A stretch of DNA of 34,750 bases, taken from the NCBI RefSeq assembly GCF_006345805.1, contig NW_021831660.1:1-34750 (forward strand). The letters are read 5' to 3'. The stretch is from Octopus sinensis (Eukaryota). The notes below the pieces were generated by a model. That model was given only the letters and a program-made list of their open reading frames with translations, did no database searches and was not told where the DNA came from. This document shows positions 1 to 12,400 of the stretch, one piece after another. The stretch's first letter is position 1; each line of letters opens with the position of its first letter. The position numbers and the translations under genes are program-made.

Positions 1-149
1 TGGGAGACACAAACATGTTATAAAATCCAGCCTAAACACATGTCACCACAGCAAGAAACTATTAGCATCTCGTAACGTTATACTATGTACTTAAACGATA
101 TTTATCTCTCACACAAGATGGAGTACTTTTTCAATGTTAATCTTACTTT

Positions 150-285
150 TACAGTACAGTAAATTATACATACATACATACATGCATATACACACATACA
201 TAAATACAAACACACACATATATATACGCACACAAACATACGGTTGTGTGTGTATTATATATATACAGATACAAACATACGGATG

Positions 286-325
<40 letters not shown>

Positions 326-475
326 ATATATATACATACATACATACATACAAACATATATACATACATACATACATACATACATACATACATACATACA
401 TAATACATATATACGTACATACATACATACATCATACATACTACATACATACCTGCATACATACATACATAATAT
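150..475. repeat. Compound (TACA)n/(TA)n microsatellite
   Basis: Read directly. Confidence 0.9.
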
Positions 476-483
476 ATCTGTAT

Positions 484-672
484 GAATTTACAGAAAACAA
501 AAGATGAAGACAGGTGTATGCACAGCAAGCAGGTGTATTCGTTTGACACTCGGGAAAGTGAGAAAGTCTTTCACGTTTAGAGCCGACGCTCTTCAACAGA
601 AAGGAAATATGAAGAAATAAAGAGAGAGAGAATGAAAAAAGAACTTGGAGATTTCAGCGCTCCAAGCATGGC
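484..672 (-). mobile_element. Penelope-like terminal remnant with degenerate minimal hammerhead motif (568-603)
   Basis: Minus strand reads CTTT-CTGTTGA-A-GAGC-GTCG-GCTC-TAAAC-GTG-AAAG, then GAGTGTCAAACGAATA. Abuts a TA-rich microsatellite. Confidence 0.55.
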
Positions 673-734
673 CAATGATTGTAGACATGCACAATGTGTG
701 CACAAATTTACATATATACACAAGTATGTATGTA

Positions 735-842
<108 letters not shown>

Positions 843-1063
843 CTCTGACGGATGTGATGTCGTTTCAGCTCCGAAGGTAATCATTTATTTTGACCATTTA
901 AAAGTGTATATTGACAAACATTTTGTGCTTAAAAGTTGTGCAACAACATCCACTGTAAACCTTTGATAAATATCGACACAAAATTTTGCCCCTTGTGGGC
1001 AAAATTTAAAAGAAAAAATCCTCATAGCCTTCGTGGTTTTCATTTAGCCATTTTATTTCCAAA

Positions 1064-3209
1064 ATGGCCACTGGCCACCACGAAGCTGAGTTGCAAGTGA
1101 AGCGTGACGCAGAAACAGAAAAACAGGATGCTCTGTTAGCATACGCCGAACCTGACAACTCCACCACCACACCAACACAACAAATACAAAACAAAGGTCG
1201 CAAGGCCAAGCACCGTCAACCATCAGTGAGTCCACCACCACCACCAACACCATGGCAGAATCTGCTACTAAAAACTGCTATCCCTACTAAAGATATCGCC
1301 ACCAATAACAACATCACCATCACCCCACCAAAGACCGTGCCGTCAATGCTACTAATACTACCAACACCACCGCCGTCACCAAGAACGACAATAATCAACA
1401 ACAACAACGACGACAACAACAATTCCCTTCAAACCACTGCTCACTCCATCACCAACAAGTGAAAAAATAACGACGACAAGCAAACGAAATGTCGAATTTT
1501 GCCCTATGCAGGACTAAAGTACGCCAGGCAATTTCCACCCCCCCTTCCTACTAGCACGCACGATCGAACCAAACACACCAATTTTACAAACTGCCAGCCA
1601 ACACAACATCACCAACAGCAACACAATAACAAAACAACAACAATTTCGCTGAGGCGATTAAAGAAAAAAAACAACAATATACTTTACGGCTCAACAAAAC
1701 AGGACACCGACATCAAATAACCAGAATCGAAGGTATAGTACAAATAAACATACCAGAAGATATTTTGGAAAATGAAAAAAGACGAACAATCATTTATAAA
1801 ATAGTTAACAAAAAAACAAAAATCCCAGAGAAGGCCAACACAGCAAAATAGAGAAGTGCTTGAAACCCCTCTGGGATCACAAAGAATATGGTAACCTGGT
1901 GGAACAAATTTGCCCACATACAAGTTGTTTTCCTACACACCGAAGAGTTAGCTAGACATTTCTCAACGCTAACTCTTCACTCAGATGAACTCCAACTTAC
2001 ACCAAGCTATCGGGGACAGAAAGTGACTAAGATCACTCTAACAATGTCCCCAAAATAGCCAATAGTCTATGGCTTGTAAAGGCTTATGCGTAAAAATGGC
2101 GAACTATACTATTTTGGAAACCACAGTCACAGAGCAATAAAACTGGGTGGACCAAAAAATAGAATTTCTTCTCACATATACATCATGAGGATATAAAAAA
2201 AATACCCACCCAGATATGTGTATCAGACGACCACAAGTTATATGTGGTCGTCGAGGCAGAAGACCACGTTGCTACATATGCGGCATGTGAGCAACACCTC
2301 AAAAAAGACTGCAAATCTGCCGCAAGAAAACACAGCAACAACAACAACAGCAGCCGGAAACAAAAACAATAACCAAGGTTTACTACCCACCCACTTTTTG
2401 CAGGAACAAACCTCACCAAACAAACAACCACACCACTGCAGCACCAAGAACAGAAGCAGCATCACCAACCAACAACCAAGAATATACCAACTCCCAAACC
2501 AAGGACATCTGCCAAAAAGACACCCAGCAAAAATGAAGAAACAATTACAACTCCAATCCCCACAAATTGAGACCCTAACAACACAACAATACCCAATCAC
2601 TCAAACACAAAATACCCAAACCCACATCCAAAACCGCATACACCACAACCAAACGCTCACCAACCAACACCAACAAACAAAACCAACACAGTCGACAATA
2701 GACCCCAATTCTTTCCCTCTTCCAGACTCCGATTCGTCTGATCTGTCATTAGACGAAGAAGACACGAAGATTGGGCAAATAGCCACAGGGGGAGAAGAAA
2801 AAGGGGAAAAAAAAGAAAAGAAAAAATAACAAACAAAGCGGGAAGATACACACACTCCCGAAACAAAAACATCCACAGAAACACACACAATTCAACACAA
2901 ACACACCATCATCAAACCCCCCAAAAATGTTGACAGCCATAAACACAAACAACCACGACCTAATGGAACACATTAGGTCAAACACTAACATTACTGAAAA
3001 CGACATAAAACAGTAACAAACCACCCACATACAACACACCACACAACCATTAAAATAATACACGTGACACAGACACATACAGCACCCTGAAATCTCTTTA
3101 CCCTGATGCAGTAGGGAGATTTCAAAAAAGTACTCATCGAAAAAACTGTATAAGCCTCATAGAAGAAGACCGTGAGGTGAAAGACAAAGAACTTTCGAAA
3201 AACAAGTAA
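1064..3209 (+). CDS. ORF1 of copy A, gag-like nucleic-acid-binding protein, frameshifted as assembled
   Basis: ATG 1064 (MATGHH) sits at the same position as MATRNH in copy B. T/N/Q/P-rich low-complexity sequence. VVEGRRPRCYICG-EQHLKKDC knuckle at 2270-2312 (needs one 1-bp correction). Inferred stop TAA 3207-3209 aligns with the ORF1 stop of copy B. Confidence 0.75.
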
Positions 3210-3261
3210 CCTTTTCTTTTCTCTCTCTTTTCCTTTTTTTTTTTTGCACTTTTATCGGAAC

Positions 3262-6200
3262 ATGCTCAGAATAGGTAGTATAAATGTACGTGGCTTGGGG
3301 TCGCCTTGGAACAAGCTACCTGTTAAATGACATCAAGTCACTAAATCTGAATATCATAGCCATCAGTGAGACCAGACTCCACAGCTTGCGGGCACTCAGC
3401 ACATTTCGGTACACATTTCAACATTTATTTTTCTTTCTCCGTGTCTACCGAGAATGGGCGGAGGTGGCACCGCGGGTGCTTATCCGGAAGAGTCTGGATC
3501 TCAAAGTAAGAGCAAATTTCCTAGACCCGGAGGGTAGGTGGGGTCGTTTTGGATGTCGATGGCAGCAATGAGTGTGCTTTTTCGACTGATAGCAGTTTAT
3601 GCTCCGTCCTTAACAGGCCGACCAGATTTCTTTCGACGTCTAGAGTCTTTCATGGGAACGTCTCGTCCTTTACTTTTAGTGGGGGATTGGAATGCCACCC
3701 TGGACACGCACTAGACTACGTGGGCAGAGATAGCAATAGAAGGGGATGCAAATGCCTCAAAGACCTGCTCAGACGTTTCAACTGTTCTGACAGGTACCGA
3801 CTGGACCACCCGAATGTGCCAATGTGGACATGGAGTAACCGCATCGGGTCGTCCAGATCATACTTAGACAGAGTATTCTGTAGGACAATAGATAAAAACA
3901 GTGTAGGTTGTCCACAATTTCATATAGTCAGTTACACAGATCACAAGTTTGTGACTTGTACACTTGACTTAGATAAGACACATAGGCAGGGTCCTGGTTA
4001 CTGGAAACTGAACGCGTCGTTTTACAGCACGACAGGTTTTACAGGGACCGGATCAGCCCTTAGTTAAGAGAGCTTTGACGGGTACCATCATCAACACAGA
4101 TGGTGGTATGCCCTAAAAAAGCGATTAAAGCAGAATCAGTCAGATACAGTAGAGCCTTAGCATTAGACCGAAATAGAATAGAGGGAGAATTAGTTAAGGT
4201 TTTAGAAGAGGCACTTAGAACTGGCATCGCGTCCAACGTACTGGCGGCGAGATTGGCCCTCGACCAACACCCCTCAAACGCCAAACACGAGGGATGCGTT
4301 GTCAGAGCTAGGATGCGTTGCTTCTGAGGAACGAAGGAGTTGGAGCCGCCCAAGAGGCCCGAGTGGTGGAGACGCAACGAGGCAACAGAGCCACCATCAA
4401 GTCTCTTATAGATGAACAGGGGCGCGAATTGCTCGAGCCTAAAAGGATGTGTGGGGTTTTTTTCAACACACTTCACCCAACTGTTTGGGACAAGTGGTGA
4501 GTCAGAAAGCAGAGTGGACTTTAGTGCCTACCTGCATGCCTTGCCACGACTCTCAGCAAGGGAGGTGGAGTCTTGTGAAAAGCCTATCACAGCTGCGGAT
4601 GTACAGGATGCGATGGTAGGCTGCGCGAGAGACAAGTCACCAGGCTTGGATGGTCTGCCCTACGAATTTTATTTTCATATGCCAGACTTGTTTGGAGGCG
4701 TCTTGGCAGCTGTCTACTGCAACTGGCAGCAGAACGGGAGTATTCCTGCTTTTGTAAAGCGAGGAGCAGTGGCACTGATCAAGAAAGACCCAAACAAGGG
4801 GGACGTCATAGATAATTTCAGGCCCATCACTCTGCTCAACGCAGATTTGAAAATTTTGGCCAAGGTGTTAGCCGAGAGGTTGGCGCTTGTCATCAAGAAC
4901 TAATCGACAAGGCGCAAACATGCGCCGTGCCGGGTAGAAGTATTCATGACAACCTCCATCTGATGCGCTACATCATAGACAGGGTAGTTAAAAATTCCTG
5001 GCATGGGTGGGCGCTGATCAATTTGGATCAATCAAAAGCCTTCGATAGGGTAGACCATCACTACTTGGAGGCTGTCCTCAAAGCGGCTGGTTTCGGTCCA
5101 GTTTTTCCGCGTTGGATCGCTGCCTTATACAGCGGCATCCGCTCAGTAGTTCGCGTAAATGGTCATCTATCCAGACCTTTTAACATCATGCGTTCGGTTC
5201 GTCAGGGATGCCCCCTCTCATCGCTGTGCTGTATGTACTGACTCTTGAGCCACTACTTGCGGAAACTGGCGACGCTGAGGGGCATCCCACGAGAGCTGGG
5301 ATGCGGGAGGAGCGTGTCTGCATACGCGGATGACGTCACCGTCATAGTGTCGAGCTACGAGCACATCGAGCTGGTCGGCGAGACACTGAAAGAATACGAA
5401 GCGGTAACGGGAGCAAAAATTAAACCGGGAAAAGTCAGTGGGCTTGCGGCTCGGCACCTGGAGAAGCAAGCCCATGCCGTCCAACAGCGTCTCCATCGTG
5501 GGACGCTGGACGACGGACCGGTTAAATTGCTCGGGGTCTGGTTCGGTCCGGACCTCCAAGGAGAAGAACTGGGGCGAGATAACGACTAGGGTGGCTAACT
5601 CTCCACCCAGAAATGGACTGAGAGAAAGCTATCCCTAAAAGTCGGGCGGAGGTGGCGAACGCGTACATCGCATCCGTCATCGAGTATCGTCTGACCGTCG
5701 TGCCTTGTCCCGACCCTACCATCACCAACTGGAAACGCATACTCTTCCGCTTCTTGTGGAAGGAAACGTTCCGATGGTTAGGCGATCCATTTGCTGCCAA
5801 CACCCGCTAAATGGAGGGCTGGGCATGCCGTGGGGGGGTTGATATGCGCAGACATGCGCTGAGACTGCGACATCTCCGGCGCTTCATAGACAACGGTGAA
5901 CAGGGGTGGTCGCCTTTTGTGCGGCGCGCTTTCCCGCAGCTCGTCTCCTTGGACGAACTACAGTCATGGATCAAGCAGAGACCGAGGCTAGGCGAATGGC
6001 ACCGCGAGTGTCGCGTTGCTCTCAAGCAACTCTGCCGTCCGGATCGAACTTGTGCGACTCCATCACAACAAAGGCATTCTATAGAGGATTAGTGGAGGGG
6101 AGGTGCGACGACGAACTCGGCAGAGTCTGGCGGTCGACGAGGATCACCTGACCCGCCTGTTCAGGACAACTTTCGGGCCGGGACCTATGAACAATCACCA

Positions 6201-6706
6201 AAGATCCCTGGCCTGGCAGTGCTATCGAGAAGCATTACCTGTTCGGGATAAGCTCTACAGACACGGTTCCAGACACACTGGACCGACTTGCCCGAGATGC
6301 GGTCAGAGCGACGAAACCGTTCTGCACGCACTCGTGCAATGTCCACCAACCATTTCCGACCTGTGGGCTTATGCCGAACGGCTGCTGTCACGTGTGGGAC
6401 GAAACCGCCTATCGGCCGAGTCTATCGTCAGAATGCTCCGCCCCCCTTCCCTCAACCGGGAGGGCAAGGCAGTTTTTCATCGTACTGGTGGCCATGGTGA
6501 AAGAATGTGTGTGGTGGACTCGAGCGAAAGGATTAGAGACAAACACTTACCTCTCTGGCCAATCGCTCATCAACTTTTCAAGTACCACTTGAAAAGGAAG
6601 GTGAGAATGGAGAGGGATTTTGTCTCGCGAAAGATTCAAAAAAATGGGTGAATGTTGCAAAGATGTGGCGTGCTAGTAACGAAACCATTTTGAGCATGAT
6701 CTGTAG
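3262..6706 (+). CDS. ORF2 of copy A: apurinic-like endonuclease, reverse transcriptase and C-terminal CCHC (zf-RVT type), frameshifted as assembled
   Basis: MLRIGSINVRGL, ISETRL, GDWN, WTWSNRIGSSRSYLDR, TDH, GPGYWKLNAS (APE). KSPGLDGLPYEFY, FRPITLLNADLKILAKVLA, DQSKAFDRVDH, VRQGCPLS, YADD at 5323-5334 (RT). CPRCGQSDETVLHALVQC (zinc finger). Confidence 0.95.
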
Positions 6707-7024
6707 ATCGAAAAAAGAAAGAAAGAGAGCATTTTTGTGGACCTCGTGTTATTTTCCCCCCCGTTTATTCCTCCCTGACTGGGGTCCCGTGGTCTTTCTG
6801 TAGGCTTTTCTTCCCACGGATGAACCCAATCTTGTTATATCAATGTTTACACCATTATTTCTGTGATACACACGATTTTCCTTTTTTTTTCCTTTTTTTT
6901 CCTCCTCTCGATCCCTTTTGATCGCAATCTTACATTTTTATTTTTTCCACCCTCGAAAAGAAAAGCTCTGCATTTGTATTTGTCCCTCTGTATTCATCAG
7001 CCTGTGTGGCTAATAAAAGAAAGT

Positions 7025-7038
7025 TATCTATATCTATC

Positions 7039-7136
<98 letters not shown>

Positions 7137-7164
7137 CTATCTATCTATCTATCTATATCTATCT
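7025..7164 (+). repeat. (TATC)n microsatellite between copies A and B
   Basis: TATC repeat with a few TATT/TATA interruptions. Confidence 0.98.
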
Positions 7165-7387
7165 CATCACAATGGACGGACGCTAGTCATATCGGCTCCA
7201 AGTAAGTTGGCCACTTTTACATGTTTAAAACTCCTTGTTGTCAAATATTTTGTTTTAATCGTGTGCAAATTCATTCACTAAAAAACCTGAGAATTATTCA
7301 CGTAGAATTCCCGCCCCTGTATGGGCAAAATACAAAAAAAAAACTTTCAAAACTTTCGTGGGTTTTTTAGCCATTTTCATTTTGAAA

Positions 7388-9397
7388 ATGGCAACTAGAA
7401 ACCACGTGGCTAGCCCGCCAGTCATGCAGAAGGTAGCAAAACACTATTGCTACCACTAGCTGCTAAACATCGCAGCGTGAACACCGCTGTCACCACCATC
7501 ACCACCACCAACAACAACAACAACAAATCTAACGTCGCATTCACCATCGCCGCAACCAAAGACATTAACTTAGATTTCCCCTCACTCCCCACACCACTTG
7601 TTGATGATAAGGGACAGAGAAAGGGATTTCAAAAATGAATACAAACGAAAACAATGAATGCCAGCACCACCACCATCACCACCAACAACACAACAACGAA
7701 ATTGGCACAAGCCGCCTACCAAAGACAACACCGCCAACACCAACACCACTACTACGACGTCAAATGCTACATCCAAGCCTCTGCTGCTAATACGCCAACC
7801 ACCATACCGCCACACCAATACAACACTACTTCAATTAACACTGCCACAATTAACCTCTACTGCCAAATTCAAAACGAATTTTGCGGACGTAACAAAACAA
7901 AAAAGAACAATTGTAACATTCACCACACAAGAGATAACCGCACAAAGGCACTCTTCTCCAAAGAAGGAGACAAATTGCAACCTTCATATTCCACAACACA
8001 TCGTGGAAAACACGCAAAAAAAAAACAATAATTTATAAAGTAATAAACAAAAAAACAAGAAGAACAGAAATGCACCGCAGGAAAAAATCGATAAATGCCT
8101 TCGTCCTGTATGGGACTCCAAGGAATATATCAGTTGGGGAAACAAATTTGGTACAGTCCAAGTACGTTTTCCTCAACGAAAGTTTAGCAAAACGTTTTCC
8201 ACATTGGAGCTACTTCGGACGACTTGGTAATGATACCAGTCTATTTAAACAAAAGGTCACGAAAGTCCAAATAAAAAACATACCATTTGATGTCGAAACA
8301 CAATGGGTGGTCTCTGCCATCTGCTTTGAAATGTCAGAGACAATGTCAGAGAAAAACATCCTGGAAATCGCGGTTCTAGGAGAGAAAGACTATGTGGGCA
8401 AATCAATCGAATCCTGCTTCAATTGGATGAAGCAGCAAGAGAGAAGATACCCACCGCTATAGAACTGCCAGAGGCTACAAACTCTATATAGTGGTAGAGG
8501 GCAGGCGACCACGCTGCTATTTGTGTGGAAGCGAAACACACTTGAAAAAGACGTGCCCAACCACTGCACACCAAGAGCAACAACAACAACCACTACCACA
8601 ACCAAAGCACTCCGGAAAAAACTCTACTACCCACACCACTATCAAACACAGAAGACGACAAGAGAAGCACACCAAGCTAATCCGTCATCAACCAAAAAAC
8701 CACTCGACACCTGGAAAAATACCAACACTACTACCATCAACAGCAAACCCAAAGGAACAGAAAAACAAAGAAAACACACACAAACTGATCCCCCATCCCT
8801 TATACCGCACTCAACACACACAAACACTCAACAACCAACAACAACGAAAACAACAACAACACCACTTACACAGACATACATAGAAGCCCACAACATAACC
8901 GACCCCTACCCCCTTCTGATTCCTCAGAAATTTCGTCGACGGAAGACGAACCAGTGAGGAATGGCAATAGCTACAAAAAGAAGGAAAATAAAGAGCAGAA
9001 ACACAACCAAACCAAATGCAAACACGAACAAAAGCGGGGAAATACATCTCCCGAAGACATTTCAAAACCCAACGCAACAACAGTCACACCAACACCACAA
9101 AAACATATACAGCAAACATGCTCACAGCCATAGAACAAAACAAAAACAAATTTGATGGAATACAATCCAATCAAAAAAAACATAACAGAAGATGACATAA
9201 AAACAAACAACCACCCATACACAACACCACCAGACCACATCAAAATAATACACATCTCCAAAAGTCTGCACCACACACTCAAAGGCATTTTCCCCAGTGC
9301 GGTTGGTAAATGCCAAAAATATCTCACAAAGAAACTGTACTGGGATCTTCTCGAGGACAAACCAACGGAGGAGAAAGCAAAAACTTTCGAGCAGTAA
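7388..9397 (+). CDS. ORF1 of copy B, gag-like, frameshifted as assembled
   Basis: ATG 7388 (MATRNH). Central TKVQIKNIPFDV segment. VVEGRRPRCYLCGSETHLKKTC = C-X2-C-X4-H-X4-C at 8515-8556. Low-complexity T/Q/K flanks. Stop at 9397. Confidence 0.8.
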
Positions 9398-9428
9398 GTA
9401 ACCCTCTGTATTCTAATTCATTAGAACT

Positions 9429-12400
9429 ATGATCAAGATTGGTTGTGTAAATGCGCGTGGCTTGGGGTCCCCTTGGAAACAAGGTACCTCTTAAATGACA
9501 TAAAGTCACATAATTTAGAAATCATAGCCATAAGCGAGACCAGACTCCACAATCCGCGGGCCCTAAAGACCATGTTTGGCGGACAGTTCAACATTTATTT
9601 TCCCCCTGTCTGCCGAGAATGGGCGGTAGTGGCACCGCGGTACTTTTTCACAAGAGTCTGGATCTCAATGTAAGGACAATATTCGTAGACCCGGAGGGTA
9701 GACTGGTCGTCCTGGATGTAGACGGCAGCAATGGGTGCGCTTTTCGGCTCGTATCAGTTTACGCACCGCGCCCTAAACAGGTCGGGCGGATTTCTTTCAA
9801 CGTCTAGAAGTTTTCTTGGGAACGTCCCGTCCTTTACTCTTAGTGGGGATTGGAATGCTACCTTGGACACGCATGTAGACTACGTGGGTAGAGATAGGAA
9901 TAGACGGGGATGCAAATGCCTCAGAGACCTGCTCAGACGCTTTCAACTGTCTGACAGGTTTCGACTAGACCACCCGAATGCGCCAACGTGGACATGGAGC
10001 AACCGCATCGGGTCGTCGAGATCGTATCTAGATAGGATACTGTGTAGGACAGTAGATAGAGATAGCATAGGATGTCCACAATTCCACATAGTCAGCTACA
10101 CGGATCACAAACTTGTGACATGTACGCTAGACTTAGGTAGACACTTAGGCAGGGTCCCGGATACTGGAAACTAAACGCGTCTTTCCCATCGAGACAAGTT
10201 TTCAGAGACCGGATTAGCACACTAGTAAAGAGGGCTTTGACGGGAGCCATCATCAACAACAAATGGTGGTTTGCCCTCAAGAGACAGTAAAAGCAGAAGC
10301 GATTAGGTACAGCAAAAGCACTAGCCATAGATAGAAATAGAGTAGAGGGTGAGCTAGTTAAGAAGCTAGAAGAGGCAATTAGAAGCGGCGGCATCGCCAT
10401 CCGACGTTTTTGGCGCGAGGTTGGCCCTCGACCAACACTTCAACGCCAAACACGAAGGATGTGCTGTCAGAGCTAGGATGCGTGCTCTAAGGAACGAAGG
10501 TGTTGGAGCCGCGAAGAGGCCGCGAGAGAGCCCGGGTGGCAGAGGCGCAACAGGGCAACAAAGCCACCATTCGGTCACTGTAGATGAACAGGGGCGCGAA
10601 TTGCTCGAGCCAAGTAAAATGTGTGAGGCCTTTCAGCAGCATTTTGCCCGACTGTTCGGAACGAGTGGAGGGCAAGAACGTAGGGTGGACTTCAGTGCCT
10701 ACCTACATAGCCTACCACGACTCTCGACAAGAAAGGCAGGGTGCTGCGAAGGTGCCATCACGGGGGCGGCGGCGGAAGTGCGGGAAGCGATGGCAGAATG
10801 CTCGAGGACAAATCACCGGGTTGGATGGTCTACCCTACGAGCTTTACAATTGTATGCCAGACTTGTTTGGAGATCTCTTGGCGGCGGTGTACTGCAACTG
10901 GCAGCAAAACGGGAGCATTCCTGGTTTTGTGAGCCGAGGAGCCGTAACCTGCTGAAAAGAAAAGATCTAAACAAGGGAAATGTAATAGATAACTTTAGGC
11001 CCATCACTCTGCTTAATGCAGACTTGAAAATTTTGGCCAAGGTGCTAGCCAAGAGGTTGGCGCTTGTCATCGAGAAACTGGTCGACAAGGCGCAAACATG
11101 CGCCGTGCCAGGCCGGACCATCCATGACAACTCCATCTTCTGATGCGCTACATCATAGACAGGGTAGTTAACGAACCTGGCATGGGTGGGGCCCTGATCA
11201 ACTTGGATCAATCAAAAGCCTTGATAGGGTAGACCATCGATACTTGGAGGCAGTCCTGAGAGCGGCTGGTTTCGGTCCCGTCTTCCGCGGCTGGATAGCT
11301 GCCTTGTACAGAGGCATCCGTTCGGTAATTCGCGTAAATGGACATCTATCGAGACCTTTCGACATTGCACGTTCGGTCCGTCAGGATGCCCCCTCTCGGC
11401 GCTTCTATACGTATTGACTCTTGAGACACTACTACTGCGGAAGCTGGCGACTCTAAGGGGCATCCCGCGAGAATTGGGATGCGGGACGAGCGTGTCTGCA
11501 TACGCGGACGACGTCACCGTCATAGTGTCTAGCCACGAGCACATCGAGCTGGTCGGCGAGACACTGAAAAACTACGAAGCGGTGACAGGAGCGAAAATCA
11601 ACGGGAAAAGTCAGTGGGCTTGCGACTAGGCACCTGGAGAAGCAAGCCCATGCCGTCCACCAGCGCCTCCCTCGTGGGACGCTGGACCGACGGCCCGTTG
11701 AGTTGCTCGGGGTCTGGTTTGGTCCGGACCTCCAAGTGGAGAAGAACTGGAACGAGATAACGAGTAGGGTGGTCACTCTCGCCCGGCAATGGGCCGAGAG
11801 GAAACTGTCCCTAAAAGGTCGAGCGGAGGTGGCGAACACACACAATCGCGTCCGTCATCTACTACCGCCTGACCGTCGTACTTGTCCCGACCCTACCATC
11901 ACCAAACTACAACGCATCCTCTTTCGCTTCTTGTGGAAAGGATGCGTCCCGATGGTCAGGCGATCCATTTGCTGTCAAACCACCGTTTAAAAGGAGGGCT
12001 GGGCATGCCGTGGTTGATGATGCGCAGACACGCGCTGAGACTGCGACATCTCTGGCTCATGTAGACGACGGTGAACAGGTGTGGTCGCCGTTTGTGAGGC
12101 ACGCTTTCCCGCAGCTCGTCTCCATGACCGAACTGCAGTCGTGGATCAAAAAGAGGCCGAGGAAGGGCGAAATGGCACCGCGAGTGTCGCGTTGCTCTCA
12201 AGCAACTCTGCCGTCCTGGGTCGACCTTAAGTGACTTCAACACAACCAAGCATTCTATAGGGTTTAGTGGAGGGGAGGTACGACGACGAGCTCGGGGCCG
12301 AACCTGGACGTCGACGAGGAGTACCTGACCCCCTGTTCGGGACGACTTTCGGCGGCCAGGGCCCATGGACAACTTCCAGAGATCCCTGGCCTGGCAGTGC

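Larger units (their letters stand above)
847..7023 (+). mobile_element. Full-length L1/Tx1-clade non-LTR retrotransposon, copy A
   Basis: 5' UTR, ORF1 (CCHC), ORF2 (APE, RT, zinc finger) and a 3' UTR ending AATAAA at 7012-7017. Collinear with copy B from the shared first motif GACGGA to the shared last motif TGTGTGGCTAATAAA. Flanked by (TATC)n on both sides. Confidence 0.93.

Noticed and set aside
3206-3211. Donor-like GTAA at the ORF1 end in both copies (also 9394-9403)
   Set aside because: Explained by the ORF1 stop codon TAA. The nearest AG in copy B would give a 31-nt intron, which is too short.
7150-7165. TATCTATA as a TSD for copy B (also at 13287 and 7025)
   Set aside because: A TSD cannot be defined inside a microsatellite, and the match breaks after 9 nt.
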